Shown here: positions 63,362-64,000 of the stretch, one piece after another
How positions within the stretch are numbered: position 1 is the stretch's first letter
How the letters are laid out: the number at the start of each line of letters is the position of its first letter
Source of the DNA: Azolla caroliniana
Taxonomy: Eukaryota; Plantae; Polypodiophyta
Assembly: GCA_043228905.1 (NCBI GenBank)
Contig: JBHGNT010000008.1
Location: 6,014,001-6,078,000, forward strand
DNA length: 64,000 nucleotides
Reading direction: 5' to 3'
The notes under the pieces: generated by a model
Database searches by the model: none
The model's input: the letters and a program-made list of their open reading frames with translations, nothing else
What the model was told of the DNA's origin: nothing
Made by a program: the position numbers and the translations under genes

Positions 63362-64000
63362 GTTCCGGCCACTAAATTTTGGCAATCCAAAAACAATGTT
63401 CTTCGCCTACATTTCACGAAGCCGCAGGAAGTTAACATGTCTGAACCTCTTGTGCCATAGGTCGATGTCCGACTCGACCTTCTATCCTTTCGCAAACAAC
63501 GTGGTTCCAACTTCATTGGTGTTGAGGATGAACATCCTCCCTTCTCAGTGCCCTTACGCAATGACTTTCCCCTCTTCTTCGATGTAGCAACCGAGATGGG
63601 TGAATCGAACTTGCATCCCCTGGTTGACGATTTGTCTGACCGACACCAAGTTCTTCGTTATTGTCGGTACGTGTAGCACATTCATGAGTTTCCCTTTCTA
63701 CTTGACATGGTTGAGGGGAACTTCATTGACATGTTCGATGGTATGCGGAGTGTCGTCTCCAGTTTCAACCACTCCTTGTTTTTCCGGTTTCTCCAAGTAC
63801 GAGAACCATTCCTCGTGACTCGTCATATGATTTGACGCTCTGGAGTCAAAATACCACACCTCGTTTGGTTTCGAGGTGTTCACCACCATCAAATTGGCCT
63901 TGTGCTTCATTACGAAGGCTAGGCCCAATCGATTTTCGGCTTGTTCGGAGCCCTCAGCGTAGTACAATCGCTACCGATTTCCTTTTTCAGTTCGCCCAAA

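Larger units (their letters stand above)
54616..64000 (-). mobile_element. Ty1/copia element of the B family (runs off the window), split by nested inserts
   Basis: 3' LTR 54616-55020 resembling the LTR at 16692-17066; PPT 55021-55032; RNase H end 55517-55597 and from 60383 (TADIFTKPL, RTKHIEVHYHF); RT, integrase and protease (WYFDSRASNHMT) pieces to 63967. Confidence 0.93.

Overview
Eukaryotic nuclear DNA from a land plant, most likely a seed-free vascular plant such as a fern. This is inferred from the spliceosomal introns, plant histone and ribosomal-protein promoter motifs, a PLS-class PPR gene, abundant microsatellites and the LTR/LINE families present. Six host genes can be built by hand: histone H4 (-), 60S ribosomal protein L28 (+), TMEM214/DUF2359 (+), an intronless PLS-E PPR ORF (+), a 73-aa single-TM protein (+) and a plastid-targeted YchJ/SEC-C protein (-). 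About two thirds of the window is nested, decayed transposons: several Ty1/copia families, Ty3/gypsy remnants, solo LTRs with target-site duplications (TSDs), L1- and RTE/RTEX-like LINEs, Mutator MITEs and a probable hAT remnant. The most unusual item is an LTR element encoding Gag, four zinc knuckles and two tandem retropepsin domains but no RT or integrase, with a second diverged family member in the window. Also unusual is a PPR ORF that may lie inside an intron of, and share a first exon with, an unrelated small membrane-protein gene. All models were made by eye; no alignments or database searches were run.
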